A DNA stretch of 17,624 nt, taken from Bdellovibrionota bacterium. Its GTDB lineage: Bacteria > Bdellovibrionota_C > UBA2361 > JBGSMV01. The position numbers and the translations under genes are program-made. This document shows positions 15,809-17,624 of the stretch, piece by piece. Each line of letters starts with the position of its first letter. The first letter of the stretch is position 1. The stretch is from positions 1 to 17,624 of the forward strand of contig JBIKWF010000097.1 of assembly GCA_044356455.1 (NCBI GenBank). Reading direction: 5' to 3'. Under the pieces are notes generated by a model that was not told where the DNA came from, did not search any database, and worked only from the letters and a program-made list of their open reading frames with translations.

Positions 15809-17215
15809 CTAACGCGTCAAGAACCGCGTCGCCAGCGAAATCAAGGTCCTCACTCTATGAGAATACGGCGGATAGAGAGGCTTTAGGGCATTTCCCCAGC
15901 GCTGACGCACCACGGTACGTTCATGGGAAAAAGTCCTAAATCCATATTCCCCGTGGTAATTCCCGGTCCCACTTTGTCCGACACCTCCAAATGGAAGGCG
16001 AGGATTGAGGAGATGCACGACGGTGTTGTTAATGCAGCATCCGCCAGAAGGAACTTGTGCCAATACCTTCTCTACAAAACTCTCTGAATGACTAAAAACA
16101 TAGAGCGCAAGGGCTTTGGGCTGGCTCTGCAGATACTGAGAAACGGGCTCCCACTCTTCGTAGGGAATCACTGGAAGAATAGGCCCAAAAATCTCCTCCT
16201 TCATGAGAGGAGAGGCAAATGAGCTCCCGCTCAAAATGGTGGGGCATATCCTGCGCTCTTCATCCTCGCAAGAGCCGCCTAGTTCAATCGTACTCCCCTG
16301 AGCCACTTCGGCGCTGAGCAAAGTCTTTAATCTCTCGTAATGACCTGCGGTCACTATCTTGCAGGTACTGCGGGGTCCAGGAAACATGCGCGTCGTTGCA
16401 GCGCAAAGCACTTTCAAAAAAGAGGCATAGCTGCTTTTGGGAACAAGCACATAATCAGGCGCCACGCAGGTTTGCCCTGCATTTAAAAACTTACCCCAGG
16501 CAATACGCTCAGCCGCAGAGGCCAGGTCCGCTGTTTCGTCAAGGATCGCGGGAGATTTTCCACCGAGCTCAAGAGTTACTGGGATAAGGTTCCTTGCCGC
16601 TCCCTGAGCAACAAGAGTTCCTATTCTCGTGCTGCCAGTAAAAAAAATATGATCAAACCGAAGACCTAATAGCTCCTGAGTAACCTCAGTCCCTCCCTCG
16701 ACCACCGTTACTTCATCCGGCTCAAAAACACTTGCTACTAACTCACGAATAACCGCACTGGTCGCAGGACATAGCTCCGAAGGCTTGAGAATTGCGCAAT
16801 TCCCCGCAGCCACTGCAGAGAGTAACGGCACAATCACTAAGGAGAAGGGGTAGTTCCAGGCTCCAATAATAAGCACAACTCCCTTCGGCTCTCTGCGCAC
16901 TTCACCCGAGGTGCCAATAAGGGCAAGGGGGGCCCAGACCTTCTTAGGACGCATCCAACGCGCGACGTTTTTTATGGCATAGTTAAGCTCGGTAAGTGTG
17001 GTGAATATTTCAGACAGCTCGACTTCCGCCGCCGACTTTCCAAAATCACACTCAAGCGCTTCGGCAAGCTTAGAACGGCGGATTTGGATTGCCTCACGAA
17101 GGGCAAGAAGCTTTGCGCGCCGTTCTAAGGCCGTTCGCTTCGCAATTCGGCTGCGTGCGGCTTGCTGCGCATCAAAGAGTGCCCGAGGAGCCGCGAGTGA
17201 AAAGGGTGCCGTCAT
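15809..17215 (-). CDS. Aldehyde dehydrogenase (class 3 / fatty- or coniferyl-aldehyde type)
   Basis: WNYP, FFTGS, LELGGKSP, catalytic GQTCVAPDY, EEIFGP and PFGGVGQSG motifs. Confidence 0.93.
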   Translation of the reverse strand: MTAPFSLAAPRALFDAQQAARSRIAKRTALERRAKLLALREAIQIRRSKLAEALECDFGKSAAEVELSEIFTTLTELNYAIKNVARWMRPKKVWAPLALIGTSGEVRREPKGVVLIIGAWNYPFSLVIVPLLSAVAAGNCAILKPSELCPATSAVIRELVASVFEPDEVTVVEGGTEVTQELLGLRFDHIFFTGSTRIGTLVAQGAARNLIPVTLELGGKSPAILDETADLASAAERIAWGKFLNAGQTCVAPDYVLVPKSSYASFLKVLCAATTRMFPGPRSTCKIVTAGHYERLKTLLSAEVAQGSTIELGGSCEDEERRICPTILSGSSFASPLMKEEIFGPILPVIPYEEWEPVSQYLQSQPKALALYVFSHSESFVEKVLAQVPSGGCCINNTVVHLLNPRLPFGGVGQSGTGNYHGEYGFRTFSHERTVVRQRWGNALKPLYPPYSHRVRTLISLATRFLTR

Positions 17216-17315
17216 TAGGCAACCCTAGCTTGGTCATCCCGGAGTGACCAGAATCATTTCATGGATTGCCTGAGATTCTTTGACCCTTTCCTGGGCAAGA
17301 GCAGTGACTTGTTAC

Positions 17316-17444
17316 GAGGCCACGGAAAGGCCTCCATTCTTTCTGCACCTCTGTGTACCTCTGCGCCCTCTGTGGTGAAATTTTCATGAAGGAACCACCA
17401 CAAAGAACCCGGAGGCACACAGAGGTGAGTTTTTCAGACGTTCC
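17316..17444. mobile_element. Second full-length copy of the MITE-like element, ends inverted relative to 3851-3980 and one TIR degraded
   Basis: 17429-17448 is the reverse complement of 3847-3866 with 2 mismatches. CCTCCATTC at 17331 matches the other end. Arms lie at 17346-17377 and 17396-17427. Confidence 0.75.
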
Positions 17445-17448
17445 CTGG

Positions 17449-17475
17449 GTAGGGCGCCCTGTCCTCAGGGTGCCG
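17449..17475 (+). repeat. GTAG-type REP element
   Basis: GTAG-GGCGCCCTG-TCCT-CAGGGTGCC-G. Confidence 0.85.
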
Positions 17476-17565
17476 CAAGATCTCTCGCTCCAGCACCTGG
17501 CATGTATTTGTGCACCCACAGTTTGCGGCTCGCTACCGCCCGTGGATGCCCCGCAGCATTTGTTG

Positions 17566-17592
17566 CGGCACCGCGAGGACGCGGCGCCCTAC
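17566..17592 (-). repeat. GTAG-type REP element, inverted partner of 17449-17475
   Basis: Minus strand GTAG-GGCGCCGCG-TCCT-CGCGGTGCC-G. Confidence 0.85.
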
Positions 17593-17624
17593 CGAAATGC
17601 GATTCATTCGAATGGAATGTCCTC

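Noticed and set aside
17259..17519. 86-aa ORF as a transposase remnant
   Set aside because: It is simply the translation of the REP and MITE sequences, with no HUH/Y1 or DDE motifs.

Overview
Bacterial chromosomal window with 13 supportable CDSs, no RNA genes, no CRISPR and no transposase. The CDSs are a Nudix hydrolase, an HDOD protein, a tandem cNMP-binding protein, ketopantoate reductase, an acyl-CoA thioesterase, GT-C-like and GT4 glycosyltransferases, a flagellin, an ABC-2 permease plus ATPase, a lipoprotein, a TolB-like propeller protein and an aldehyde dehydrogenase. Four things stand out. (1) A stand-alone 602-aa flagellin whose hypervariable region is replaced by seven FG-GAP/VCBS repeats, probably an integrin-alpha-like beta-propeller displayed on a filament. 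(2) A ~130-bp non-autonomous element in three copies with IS5-like ends and, in one copy, a CCAG target duplication; its palindromic core is flipped relative to its ends between copies. (3) A GTAG-type REP family whose 9-bp stems co-vary between copies. (4) Four sigma28-like promoters with identical 15-nt spacing, in front of the flagellin, HDOD, cNMP and TolB-like genes. All calls come from manual reading and recalled family motifs; no database search was run.
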